A DNA stretch of 50,987 nt, taken from Octopus sinensis. Lineage: Eukaryota. The stretch spans positions 1 through 50,987 of the forward strand of contig NW_021834348.1 in the NCBI RefSeq assembly GCF_006345805.1, in the 5' to 3' direction. The number at the start of each line of letters is the position of its first letter. Within the stretch, counting starts at the first letter, position 1. Below are positions 11,891 through 24,300 of the stretch, in pieces. Both the position numbers and the translations under genes were made by a program. The notes under the pieces were generated by a model. It had not been told where the DNA came from and made no database searches. It worked only from the letters and a program-made list of their open reading frames with translations.

Positions 11891-12807
11891 AAAATAAAGA
11901 ATTTTAATATTAAAGCAAACAAAAACTAAGAAACAAAATGTGCTAGTTGCTAATTACATCGTCATTAGGTTTTGTTTTCTAATTGAATAAAGCAACATTA
12001 ATTATCTAATATTCAAAATTTCATTTAGAATGAAATATATGGAAAAATTGAATACATACATATACTATATGCATACATTTCTTTCAGAGCGATTCGTCTT
12101 TGTTTTTCTGTATAATTGAAACTATATATACATTTCTTTCAGACCAGTTTATCTTTGTTTTTCTGTATAATAGTCGCCATTGCAGTGGACTTAACTCATG
12201 TTAGCAAACAACGGATTTCACAGACGTGAGAATTGGTAAAAGTTATGGATGAAAATCGATTTTTACTGCTGTCCAAAGATGTCTCGGGAAAAATATGTTG
12301 ACAAATGCACAGCCCTGATCGTGACTAATGTCCTCCTAACATTGGAGCGACATGCATGTTAATTTGTGGACATGCATAAATTACATTCACGTACACACCC
12401 ACTCATCGACAGTTCTTTTTTTGTTTTCTTTTTATGAGAACTTAAAGCATTTAAAGTCCCCATGAGTCCTAAGTATCGCTGGCATCAAGTTTGAACAAAA
12501 TACATCAAAACTGGTAAAAGTTATGGTTGAAAATGGGGTGTAGCCAATTTTAGTGGGAAATCCTATAAGGAATCGGTCTATCGATTTTTCATCCTGATTG
12601 AATGGAAAACCCCATAAAGAATCAGTTCATTGATTTTTCCCCCCAAAATAGAACTTAACCGAACGCTACATTGCTGATTCAAAAAATCTGTGTTTATAGT
12701 TTAAAGTTAGTTTTCACACCCGACACGGGTCTACAAAATCAGTGTCAAGACGGGAACGCATAGGTTGGGCGTTTGACCGGCGGACGTGATCGGGTTGCAT
12801 TTGCCAG

Positions 12808-13113
12808 CCCTTTCGAAACCACTACCCTCATCATCTAACTCCCCTTGACAGGGAGCCCTTCCGGCAAGGAAAATAGAACACCCAAAAACGGGTCCCGATC
12901 CTCTGCGTCAAAAGAGGTTATGTTCAGATCACAACTAAGCCTTAACCTAAGTCTAAGCTAACCGAGCAAAAGGGGGCTCGAGAGCCTCTAAAAGGCAGCA
13001 ACTAATCCCGATCTAGTCCTAACTCCTCCTAGCAGTACTATCGATCAAGGCTGTATCGAAGATATGTATTGAAGGTTTCCTCGGAGATCTGCATTGGAGA
13101 AGGTTGCATCAAA
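12808..13113 (-). mobile_element. Isolated second copy of the Tx1/L1 5' UTR region
   Basis: Matches 10229-10520, e.g. GAGGTTATGTTCAGATCACAACTAAGCCTTAACCTAAGTCTAAGCTAACC is identical. Confidence 0.85.
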
Positions 13114-13203
13114 GGTTTGCACAGTATTATATATATATATACATACATATACACACACATACACACACACAATATAAATGTCACATTCTCTAACATATAT
13201 ATA

Positions 13204-15793
13204 TCATCATCATCATCATCATCATCATTTAGCGTCCGTTTTCCATGCTAGCATGGGTTGGACGGTTCTACTGGGGTCTGTGAAGCCAGAAGGCTTCATC
13301 AGGCCCAGTCAAATCTGGCAGTGTTTCTACGGCTGGATGCCCTTCCTAACGCCAACCACTCCGTGAGTGTAGTGGGTGCTTTTTACGTGCCACCCGCACT
13401 GGTGCCAGACAGAGCTGGCAAACGGCCACGAACGGATGGTGCTTTTTATGTGCCACCGGCACGAGGGCCAGGCGAGGCTGGCAACGGACACGAAACGGGG
13501 CGGTGCTGGCAACGGTCGCGAAACGGAAAGTTCTCTTACATGCCACCGGCACTGGTACACATCTGCAATTTCCATTGATCGATTTCGATTCTGATCCTCA
13601 CTTGCCTCAATGGGTCTTCACAAGCAGAGTTTCGACATGCCACCGGCACTGGTAGCACATCCGCAATTTCCATTGATCGATTTCGATTCTGATCCTCACT
13701 TGCCTCAATGGGTCTTCACAAGCAGAGTTTCGACATGCCACCGGCACTGGTAGCACATCCGCAATTTCCATTGATCGATTTCGATTCTGATCCTCACTTG
13801 CCTCAACACGTCTTCACAAGTAGAGTTTTGTGTCTCAAGAAGGGAAGGTATGCATACGTAGGCTGGCTCCATCCCATGTAGAAGGCCACGGGTTGTGGAC
13901 TCACTTGTCCTGCCGGGTCTTCTCGCGCACAGCACACTTCCAGAGGTCTCGGTCTCTAGTCATTTCCTCAGTGAGACCTAAAGTTCGAAGGTCGTGCTTC
14001 ACCACCTCGTCCCAGGTTTTCCTGGGTCTGCCTCTTCCACAGGTTCCCTCAACCGCTAGGGTGTGGCACTTTTTCACACAACTATCTTCATCCATTCTCG
14101 CCACATGACCATACCAGCGCAAACGTCTCTCTTGCACACCACAACTGATGCCTCTTAGGTCCAGCTTTTCTCTCAAGGTACTCACACTCTGCCGAGTGTG
14201 AGTACCGGCATTACACATCCATCGGAGCATACTGGCTTCATTTCTACCGAGCTTACGCATATCCTCAGCATTCACGGCCCATGTTTCACTGCCATGTAGC
14301 ATGGCTGTTCGTACACACGCATCATACAGTCTGCCTTTCACTCTGTGCGAGAGGCCTTTTGTCACCAGCAGAGGTAAGAGCTCTCTGAACTTTGCCCAAG
14401 CTATTCTTACTCTAGCAGTTACACTTTCAGCACACCCGCCCCCGCTGCTGACTTGGTTACCTAGGTAACGGAAACTATCAACTATTTCTAGTTTTTCTCC
14501 CTGGAAAGTGACGGAAGTTGGTCTCAGAGCAATTTCAGTGTTTATTGTTCCTGAGCATCTGCCACATACAAAAACCATCTTCCTAGTTAGCCTTCCTTTG
14601 ACATTGCTGCATCTCTTATGTGTCCATAGCTTACACTTGGTGCATCTTATAGAGTTTCTACCTACACCTTTTCTACAGATCGAGCAGGGCCATCTACCTG
14701 AAGGTGTTTGTGATTTGTCTACCTTCCTACTGATTACGACTTTGGTTTTAGCTAGATTGACTCTGAGGCCCTTCGATTCTAATCCTTGTTTCCACACCTG
14801 AAACTTCTCCTCCAGTTCTGATAGCGACTCAGCAATTAGAGCAAGGTCATCAGCATAGAGGAGCTCCCAAGGGCATCCTGTCTTGAATTCCTCCGTTATT
14901 GCCTGGAGGACTATGATAAATAGGAGGGGGCTGAGGACTGAGCCTTGGTGGACCCCTACCTCTACCCGGAATTCTTCACTGTACTCATTTCCAACCCTCA
15001 CCCTACTAGCGCGTCCCTATACATGGCCCGCACAGATCTCACTAACCATTCATCTATCCCTAGTTTTCTCATTGCCCACCAGATAAGGGATCGGGGGACC
15101 CTGTCGAAGGCTTTCTCCATGTCAACAAAAGCCAGGTACAGGGGCTTATCTTTGGCTAGGTATTTCTCCTGCAGCTGCCTTACCAGGAATATAGCATCAG
15201 TGGTACTTTTCCCTGGCACAAACCCAAACTGCATCTCATCTAAACTAACTCTCTCTCTAATTAGTTGGGCTATGACCCTCTCCGTAACCTTCATCACCTG
15301 GTCCAACAGCTTGATACCTCTGTAGTTATTTGTATCTAGGGCATCACCTTTACCTTTGTAGCAGTTGACTATTATACTGCTACACCAGTCATTGGGTATG
15401 ACCCCTTTGTGTATCACCTGATTAACTATATGGGTGACTAGGCTATAGCCGACACTACCAGACATTTTGAGCATCTCTGCAGTGATTCCTGATGGGCCTG
15501 GGGCTTTCCCTGTCTTCATGCTTCTAATTGCCTTAGCTACCACAGAACTATCAACTCGGATAGCTGGTCCCTCTGTTGGGTCAACATTCGGCAGACTCTC
15601 TTTATCCCATTCATTTTCTTCATTCAGCAACCTTTCATAGTGGCGTCTCCAAACCTCTCTCTTTGCATCCTCATTTAGCGCAAGTGAACCATCTTCCATG
15701 CGATAAGTATACCCACGCCACCAACCCCGTCAGTGTTCCCTGCCCAGAAAATCTTGTACCTGCGTTCCTTGCCTGTGAGTGTACCTGCGTTCC

Positions 15794-15795
<2 letters not shown>
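13204..15795 (-). mobile_element. RTE-clade LINE: RT + 3' UTR + (GAT)n tail, internally deleted 5' part
   Basis: YRGIKLL, QFGFVPGKST, FVDMEKAFDRVP, GVHQGSVLSPLLF, LYADDL, RLRWYGHV. One frameshift near 15000. 75 bp of APE sequence (15704-15778) is joined directly to RMEDG. Confidence 0.93.
13538..13820. repeat. Three ~98-bp tandem repeats in the RTE 3' UTR
   Basis: Unit starts at 13538, 13635 and 13733 (ACATGCCACCGGCACTGGTA...). Confidence 0.9.
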
Positions 15796-15853
<58 letters not shown>

Positions 15854-15865
15854 ATATATATATAG

Positions 15866-15907
<42 letters not shown>
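15795..15907. repeat. (TA)n microsatellite
   Basis: Direct reading. Confidence 0.97.
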
Positions 15908-15908
<1 letters not shown>

Positions 15909-16319
15909 TGTTTATATTTTGTACCGTCGTTCTGTCCTGTTTTTGTTACCTTTTTTACCCCTCCGCAAAAAAATCTCAAATTTTATTTAATTTGATTTTC
16001 GCGGGAAGGATTGTTTCATTAAAGTCATGTATCGCCTTGACCTTCGAAACGTGGAGTAGGTGAAACAAAGGCGACTGAAGAAGGGGAATTTTCCCTGTTT
16101 TGTCTGTCCTGTACTCTATTTTTTCGTTGTTTAAGAAAAATGTCCATTTCCTTGGTTTTGTGTTTATGTTTTCGTTTCTCATTGTGTTCAACGTTTTTTT
16201 GGTGTCCCGTACCCATATATGCATGCATATATACATGTAGAGGTAGGTACGTACATATATGTATGTATATATGCATATGTTTTATTTACTTATTAATTTA
16301 TTATATATATAAATATATT

Positions 16320-16351
<32 letters not shown>

Positions 16352-16375
16352 TGTATGTATGTATGTATATATATT

Positions 16376-16838
16376 TGTAGCGCCACAAACAGCCAGCGCC
16401 ATAATGGATGAGACCTCACGGCAGCCATTGCCATCTCTGAGACTGGAGCAAGACCTCACCTGCATCCCTCTTGCCATGCACGAGAACACAAGTCTCGCGA
16501 TGGAAACGATATATAGACAGAAAACCGATTCAGACCTGTGTCTTTTGGCGCCACCACCACAGCAGCACTGGTTGAGGCTTTCTGCCTGTCTATCTCCAGA
16601 GGCAATGCGCCCACACTATCGGAGCGTAAGATGGGAGCTTAGAGCAGCACACTTCACCTTTTCTGTAAATAATCCAGTTGTACTTGAGGTCTTTTCTCTT
16701 CGCCTGCCAGAAGCCTGAACTACATAAATAACAAAAAGAATGATGGAAGGAGACGATATTCTTCTGATATTATAAACCTTGCCTTCCATTACTAAAAATG
16801 GAGACCCCTGAAGTAGAAAAGGTTTTTCGACAGCCACA
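16376..16838 (+). mobile_element. Gypsy 5' LTR
   Basis: Starts TGTAGC; 16376-16755 is homologous to the 3' LTR at 47218-47635 (minus), which follows a PPT. The end at ...CAGCCACA is tentative. Confidence 0.7.
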
Positions 16839-17884
16839 AACTGTCATCGCATTATAAAATGCCTGAACCGAATCATTATAAAATGCCTCAGCCGAATCAA
16901 CTCCTAACAAGACGACCATCACCTTCCAGTCATCGTTCCTGCCGCCATATTTGAATTGCCCCACGTGGAAACAGGACTTAACTGACAAACGGAAAAAAAA
17001 TATTTATTGGTACAATCACACACACCATTACAGTGTTTTTCTTTCCGCATTTTTTTTTTTTTGTTGAAAGAAAATAAGATTTAAAAAAAAGCACGTTTAG
17101 CGACGAAATTTTTTTCTTGTCTCAGCATTCAGTACTCAATTTTATAAATTTTGCTCAGAAAATTACTTTCCTCGCACACACGCTATAATTTGCAACAACA
17201 CTTTTTGTCGGTTATTTTTTATGGTCCATTTCTTTTCTTCTCTGACAGAAGAAAAAACAAAAAATGAGTCAACCTAATCTCCCTTCGAATACTGGTGACG
17301 TCTCACTTTGGTTTGCACAGTTAGAGACATATTTTGTACCTCATGATGTACCCCTGTCGCGCAGGTTCTACCGATGCAGTTCTTAGCCTGGCATTTTTTC
17401 TTGTCACCGCTGGAGATGCTTTTCATTCTCTTTTGGCTTCATTCCCAGAGCTAGTAGATCATACTTTTCATTCGAAAAAGCTCCTGCACTTGACCCTCCA
17501 TTCTATTACCACCCTTGGGCCACCTGTTTCTTCGCGCCCGCCACGGCTTGCACATGACCGACTAAAAACGGCTAGGGCTGAGTTTGAGCACATGCTCCTG
17601 CTTGGCCTGATACGCCCCTCCATCAGCCCTTGGGCATCTCCCCTTCATTTGGCGCATAAAGGGGTTCTGATTTTCGCTCGGTGGGGGATTATAGGCGTTT
17701 TAATGCAGTTATGGTACCTCACCGATATCCTATAAAAAGACCTTCAGGATTTTTCAGCAAATCTTCATGGTTGTACCATCTTTTCTAAAGTTGACCTCAT
17801 TCGCGCACCTGTCATCAGATACAGGTCAACCCAGCCGATATTCCAAAAACTGACTTACACTCCTTTTGGTTGTTTTCAGTTTCT

Positions 17885-18358
17885 ATATATGAGTGGCTGT
17901 GTGGTAAGTAGCTTGCTTACCAACCGCATGGTTCTGGGTTCAGTCCCACTGCGTGGCATCTTGGGAAAGTGTCTTCTGCTATAGCCCCGGGCCGACCAAT
18001 ACCTTGTGTAGACGGAAACTGAAAGAAGCCTTTCGTATATATGTATATATATGTATATATGTATATATGTATATATATATATATGTATATATATGTATAT
18101 ATGTATATATGTATATATATGTATATATATATATGTATGTTTGTGTGTCTGTGTTTGTCTCCCTAGCATTGCTTGACAACCGATGCTGGTGTGTTTACGT
18201 CCCCGTAACTTAGCTGTTCGGCAAAAGAGAACCGATAGAATAAGTACTGGGCTTACAAAGAATAAGTCCCGGGGTCGATTTGCTCGACTAAAGGCGGTGC
18301 TCCAGCATGGCTGCAGTCAAATGACTGAAACAAGTAAAAGAGTAAAAGAGAGAGTGTG
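17885..18358 (+). mobile_element. tRNA-derived SINE with internal (TA)n, inserted in Gypsy RT
   Basis: GGCTGTGTGGTAAG / GGTTCAGTCCC boxes and AGTAAAAG tail. Splits FLYM|SFGL with a TGAGT duplication. Present in both arms. Confidence 0.85.
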
Positions 18359-20189
18359 AGTTTTGGTTTGCGGAACACTACCAGTACGTTCCAGCGTTTC
18401 ATTGAGGAAGTCGTCTGCGGATTTGATTTTGTGTTCGCTTATGTTGGTGACATACTCATTGCAAGCGACACACGTGACAATCATCTCCGCTACTTGTCTC
18501 AGCTTTTTCAGCCTCTTCGCGCCTATGGTGTGCGTATTAATCCTGTCAAGTGTATTTTCGGGAAATCTTCTCTTGAATTTCTGGGACATCATATTGACTC
18601 GAGTGGCATCAAACCTCTCTCTTCCAAAGTCGATGCCATTCAAAGAATCGCACCCCCGACACTTCACTACTCCCAACTTCGTAATTTTGGGGCATTGTCA
18701 ATTTTTACAGACACTTCGTTAGAAATTGTGCAGACAAGTTACTTCCCCTGACTCTGCTATTGAAAGCAGATAACAAAAAGAGTAGCAGTTGTACTTGAGG
18801 TCTTTTCTCTTCGCCTGCCAGAAGCCTGAACTACATAAAGAACAAAAGAATGATGGAAGGAGACGGTAATATTTAATAATGAACCATGTAATTCACAATC
18901 TGGAAATTTGTTTCCCTAAAACGTTGGGAGTGGGTAAAATTTCCGAGGCTTCCACCTCACCCCACCCCATTATTCAGATACCAAAAAGGGTTTTGTAACA
19001 TATTAGGAGGTCAAAGGTATTCATTCAACGAAAAAAACAAATATTCCAAATGATTCCGGGAATGGGGAAGGGGGTTCCCCTCCCTTGCCCTGCCCCCCTT
19101 TTTTCCGAACCAAAATACGAGATTTGCCGCATATTGGGTGAGGGAACATGATTCCACTCAAAAAAATCCAAGTTTTTCTTTTTTCTTAGTGAAAATCATG
19201 CAAGTGTTAATCTAAAAATTTACCCAACGTTTTCTTTTGCGCCATTGCTAGACGGGAGACTTATCTCATGTTAGCAAACTTACGGATTTCACCGACGTGG
19301 AAATTGGTAAAAGTTATGGTCGAAAATCAGTCATATGGATTTGGGTTCAATCCCAGTGAATGGTACCTTGAGCAGTTATTTTCCACTGAATCCCTGGGCA
19401 ATCAATACCTTGTGATGAAGGGAGCAAGACAAACATTTGAAATCATTTAAGAATTTTAATTACACAACCCAGCAGGTATTTTATTGTCAGGAGATTTTTA
19501 CTTGGTTTGAAGGCTTTTGAAATGTTGAATTATCATGCCTAGATTTCAAGATACCAAAACGCCACAAATTTTGCAATTTTCCTCAATTTCAGAAAAATGC
19601 ATCGTCTGTGGAAATTGTGTCAGAAATTTAGAGCCAAGGAAAAACATTGGATAATCAAACAATGACCAGAGCAAACGTTAGTTCCAGGGTCTTTTAATGT
19701 GGCTGAAGAGACGGTAGTGGTTACATATAGACAGTACCAGGTGGTGACGTGGTTGCGTGTACATTATTAGAAATAGAAATAAAATATAAATTCAAGTTCT
19801 ATAAATTTACTGCATAAAAATATTTTTATTACATAACCAAAATTGTAGAATCTAGTTGAATGAAGTAATCTATGCAAGAAAATTCAGAGATAGAAAATAC
19901 AGAAATAACAGCTAAGTGGTGGCTTTCGGTAATGTGGCGTAGAGAAATAGACGGGCATAGGAATGACGTGAATGGCTCTAAGTCTAATCAACTAAGAAGC
20001 AAAGAGCAGGGTTAGCAAGCTGTTTTTATTAATGGAACGCTAAACATTCTAGAAACTTCCAAGAGAAATGCTAAGCTTCTTGAATAATTAAGAATCGTGT
20101 CTCCTGACACAAATGCTTGGAGAAACTTAGAGAGGGGAGGTTACTCTGCAAACTTTCTTGCAAGACAGATCCACTACAAACCGTTAATT

Positions 20190-20700
20190 CAAGGCATTTA
20201 TTTAAAAAATAAATATCTTCTTCCAGTCCATATCAAACTTGGTATTATGAAGCAGATTGTTGGTTTCACCATATTTGCAGCATGTTTCCCAGCCTGAGCA
20301 GCAAAAAGATAAATGCTGGAGTATTTGACGAGCCTCAAATCAGAAAATCTATGAAAGATGAGAACATGAAACATGGAACTTATTTGTAATAGTTGTAAAT
20401 AACTTTCTGGGAAACAAGAAAGCAACCAGTTATGCTGAAATAGTTGACAACATGGCTGGAGAACTTTCAAAACTTGACAGCAAATATAAGCATAAAGCTG
20501 CACAATGCCCACAGCCACCATGATGAATTCCCTAAAGATCTGGGGACACAAGTGACTAGCATGGAGAACATTTCCATCAGGACATAAAATCAATGGAATA
20601 AAGGTATCAAGGCAAATGAGTCTTGTATACGATGGTGGACCCATACTAGAACTTGGTTCGTCATCTTCCTGAGGTTCATCATTCAGGAAAAGTATCCAAA
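20190..20700 (+). mobile_element. DNA transposase remnant, probably CMC/Chapaev-like
   Basis: PVHIKLGIMKQIV, KINAGIFDEPQIRK, FLGNKK, SIKLHNAHSHHDEFPKDLG (H-x4-H), HGEHFHQDIK...RYQG. The superfamily label is from memory of motifs. Confidence 0.6.
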
Positions 20701-20967
20701 CAGATATTCATGGGAAATTAGGCATAAAACAATGATATAAGTTGCCTATAGAAATTTGAAGATTTTTAATAGTTCTTCAGTAGAATTTCAAGAAAACATT
20801 CTGGTTTTGAAGGAATCCATTGCTATGTATGTTTGTATGTTATACCTTATTCCTCATAAGCTGTTTTATTGAAAGACCAATGAAATTCTATGCATCCAGT
20901 ATCTTAAGATCTTGACATGATGATGATACATGGATGTCACTTTCAGATTCTGTGTGCCAAAAAAATT

Positions 20968-22139
20968 TTATTTCACAACCATTTTTTTTTGCCAGATGGC
21001 AGAAAATTTTTCTTTGTTGATTTGTTTTTTTTTGTATATCTAAAATAAAACACTTTGTTGTCTTTTTGGCTCATCATCATAGCATTTTCACCAAAACACT
21101 TCGGCTTATTATCAACGTATCACATTCACTCAGAATATATTGGTCCAAAAACGCCTTCCTTACACCATCACACTTGTTTTTCATCTCCTTACGTGGCCGA
21201 TCCATATGCATTATTCCCCTGATGTGTACACAATTTGAGGAGAAAATTTTTTAAAAGCTATCGCCTGTACCACTTCTGAGTCTGTTGTCACAAATATTTG
21301 TACTTGCTTGTGTTGTACTTATTTAACAAGTTCCAGATAATCTGAATACTTGACATTGAATTCCTTGGGGGATCTCCTGGAACACTAGGGTTCTGTCCCA
21401 TTCGAATCTGAGCACACACCAGATGTATATCTGGCCTGGGGATATTGACTTCAAAGAATTTGTCAAATTTTTCCTGTAAATGATCGCTGAAGCGAAACAA
21501 TAAATTCATCATTTTAGCAAATAAATTTCCATATGACATTTTTGATGCCCAATGCAGTTGTTCTTTGTAGCGAGGATTCCGTTTCAAGGCATGAAAATAG
21601 ATTCGATTTGTTGTCAGATAGAGGACATCTTCAGGGTAAAGCATTTCTAAGTCTGCTGATTGTAAAGAGGAAATGTACGTATTGTTGTCAACCAAATGAA
21701 GGCGACGACTTCTTAGGCCATGCAACTCTTTTGGGTCAATTGTCCAGTTAATTTTGTTTGGTTGAAGATAATTAGTAAAATTACAAAGTCTTGAAATAAT
21801 GATGCCAAAACGACGACCCATGGCCTGTGCCATTAAATATATAGAAATTATTCCATGCTGTCTATCTCCCCAACCTCCACAACCTCTATGATCAACACAG
21901 TAAAAAATAATATATTTAGTTTTGTTGTTTAACTGAACCAATTCCTGTTTCTCTTTGCTTACAGTTTTCTTATTTATATGATGCACTTGATTATTTGGAA
22001 ATTCCTTAAAATTATTTATAAACTTTTGGTTGTGTTTGTTTAATGTTGTCCCTGTATATTCTTTATTCACAGAATATTGGTTCCAGGCAAACAGTAGAAA
22101 GAAGATGCTGACCACAGCAATGAATCCAAGAACTCGAAT
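20968..22139 (-). pseudogene. Fucosyltransferase-like exon, copy B
   Basis: Open from the acceptor through motif I (ORF 21288-22115). Three 1-nt homopolymer deletions (~21297, ~21217, ~21097) break the C-terminal third. Confidence 0.8.
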
Positions 22140-23391
22140 CTAGAAATGATGAAAAGAAATAAACGTAAGTGAAAATATGACAACTTTGTAATAAAATACC
22201 AGAAACAAATAGAAAAAAAGTCTTCTACTGCAATTTTTAGTTTTTCAGTTTTTACTAGCTTATAGGTACAGGCATGGCTGTATGGCTAAGGAGTTTGCCT
22301 CTCAACCACAAAGTTTCAGGTTCAGTCCCACTGCATGGCACCTAGGGCAAGGCTCTTCAACTACAGCTTACTTGTCTTCTATTCTATTAATACTATGCAA
22401 TGTGTTGGGTGTGTGCATGTTTATGTCTCCTTATCTTGACAGTGTATGATTATTGTAAATGAATATCCTTCTTCGTTTCCAGTGTTGTGTGAAAATCTGT
22501 CTGACCATGGGAAGATGCTGAGCTGGCAGAACTGTTAGCATGCCAGACAAATGCTTAGCGGTATTTTGTCCGTCTTTACACTCTGAGCTCAAATTCTGCC
22601 AACGTTCACTTTAACCATAATCCTTTCCGAGTCAATAAATAAGTACCAGTCATGTACTGAGGTTGATGCATCCAAGTTCCCCCTCCCCTCAGAAAGGCCT
22701 GCCATCTCACCATAATTTAAAGCCAATATGTCTGAATATGGAGAAATACTAAACTGAAACAGATAAGGGTTGGTGACAGGATGGGCACCCAGTCGTAGAA
22801 AATCTGCCATGGTAAATTTGCTCACCCCATGCAAACATGGAAAAATGATTGTTAAAATTAGACTACCGTCAGACAAAGAATACTTACGACCCATTAATGC
22901 CAGCATTTTAATTCAAATCATTCTTGTATGCTAGCTAATTCCCTACTTTCGTTAACCATAATTTGGTCTTACCTTAGTAATAGACAATGTATTAGACCAT
23001 ATCCAGACATTCTACTACCTAGATCAATTGCAGTTGGATATTCCCTACATTGTTAACCATAATTTGTTTTCACCTTAGTGATAGATAATCAACAAGACCC
23101 TAGTCAAACATTTTGACATTTGTGAAAATACATATATGCTGTAGGGAATACGACCATACGTATGGAGCTGGTGACAAATGTCTCCTTTAAAATGCAGCAC
23201 ACGGTCGCCCCTAACAAAATATGAAAGCCAAATACAGAGCCAAAGGAATAAATGAAGGACAACAACCGTTCTACTGTTTGAGAGAGAAAAAGACTTTATT
23301 TACAATGTGTACAAAGAGAGTGTGTGTGTGAGTGCTAGCAAGGTGTAGTGTCTGAATGCATGCGCATAGTATTTGTGACTGAGTGTTCGTA

Positions 23392-23605
23392 TCATCATCA
23401 TCGTTTAACGTCTGCTTTCCATGCTAGCATGGGTTGGACGATTTTGATTGAGGGCTGGCGAACCAGATGGCTGCTCCAGGCTCCTAACTTGATCTGGCAG
23501 AGTTTCTACAGCTGGATGCCCTTCCTATTGCCAACCGCTCCGAGAGTGTAGTGGGTGCTTTTTACATGCCACCGGCACGGTGGCCAGTCAGGCGGTACTG
23601 GCAAC
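23392..23605 (-). mobile_element. RTE 3' tail fragment
   Basis: (CAT)n-CGTTTAACGTCTGCTTTCCATGCTAGCATGGGTTGGACG, the same terminus as 13204-13400. Confidence 0.8.
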
Positions 23606-23624
23606 GACCTCTGAAGCCCAGGCT

Positions 23625-24300
23625 ATTGCAGTATCTTGTCCTACATCTTGGTGGCAAATTTGGGGTCGTTGGCACTATGCAGTGATGCCCAGTTCTAGTA
23701 TTTGTGTAACTCTTGATGCCAAAGTTTGGGACAAGTCCTTCCAGGATCTTCCAGATATATATTATGGCATATCTTTCTCACCTATGCTCTAAGGAATAGA
23801 GTCTTAATCTATTGAGTCCTTCCCAATAGCTTATATGCTGCATAGAGTCGATCTTCTTCGTGTAGCTTCATTGGATTGCCTCAAGTTCTGAGATTAATTT
23901 GACCATGGCTGGTGACCATACCTGCGAGCAATAGTCAAAGTGGCTTAGGACAAGTGTCCTCCAGAGGACCATCATGGTTTCCTAATCTCTTGTTCTAAAA
24001 GTTTTAAGAATCCATCCGGTCAGCCGCCTACATTTCATTGCCAATTTAGCAACATGCACATGAAAGGATGCATCATTACTCATGTAAATGTCCGGGTCTT
24101 GCACTGACTGTGCCTCAGGGATTGCAATCCCTCCAGGTCCATGATCGACTTCATCAAAGGCCTTTGCAACGTCGAGATATATCACTTCCACATTTGAGTG
24201 GTTGAGCAGTCGTTTCAGCACCCAGTCATAGTGTTGTAAAAACTGAGTCAGACAGCTTCTTCCTGGTCAGAAACCATGCTGGGTGTCAGGCAGCAAGTCA
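23625..24300 (-). mobile_element. CR1/L2-type LINE RT fragment, internally deleted
   Basis: VIYLDVAKAFDEVDHG, WILKTF, VLSHFDYCSQVWSP, SYWERL. Confidence 0.8.

Larger units (their letters stand above)
16376..18866 (+). mobile_element. Decayed Ty3/Gypsy element (gag start, RT, deleted RNase H/integrase, 3' LTR remnant)
   Basis: gag MSQPNLPSNTGDVSLWFAQLETYF (~17265); RT RPSISPWASPLH, FSKVDL, MSFGLRN..TFQRFI, AYVGDILIAS. ~2.4 kb missing at ~18780 relative to the arm-2 copy. Confidence 0.88.
17764..23126. repeat. Inverted segmental duplication, arm 1
   Basis: Reverse complement of 42927-50987; 17764 pairs with the last base of the window. Confidence 0.93.

Noticed and set aside
12195-12260. Match to 19265-19325 as a continuation of copy A's duplicated block
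   Set aside because: Short, diverged and in the wrong orientation for a direct A-to-C repeat; a dispersed repeat.
17876-18213. IYIH/YVYI-repeat ORFs (also 15576-16718, 27366-27584, 30386-30830, 39616-39813, 42328-42812, 50140-50626)
   Set aside because: Translations of (TA)n/(TG)n/(TATG)n tracts.
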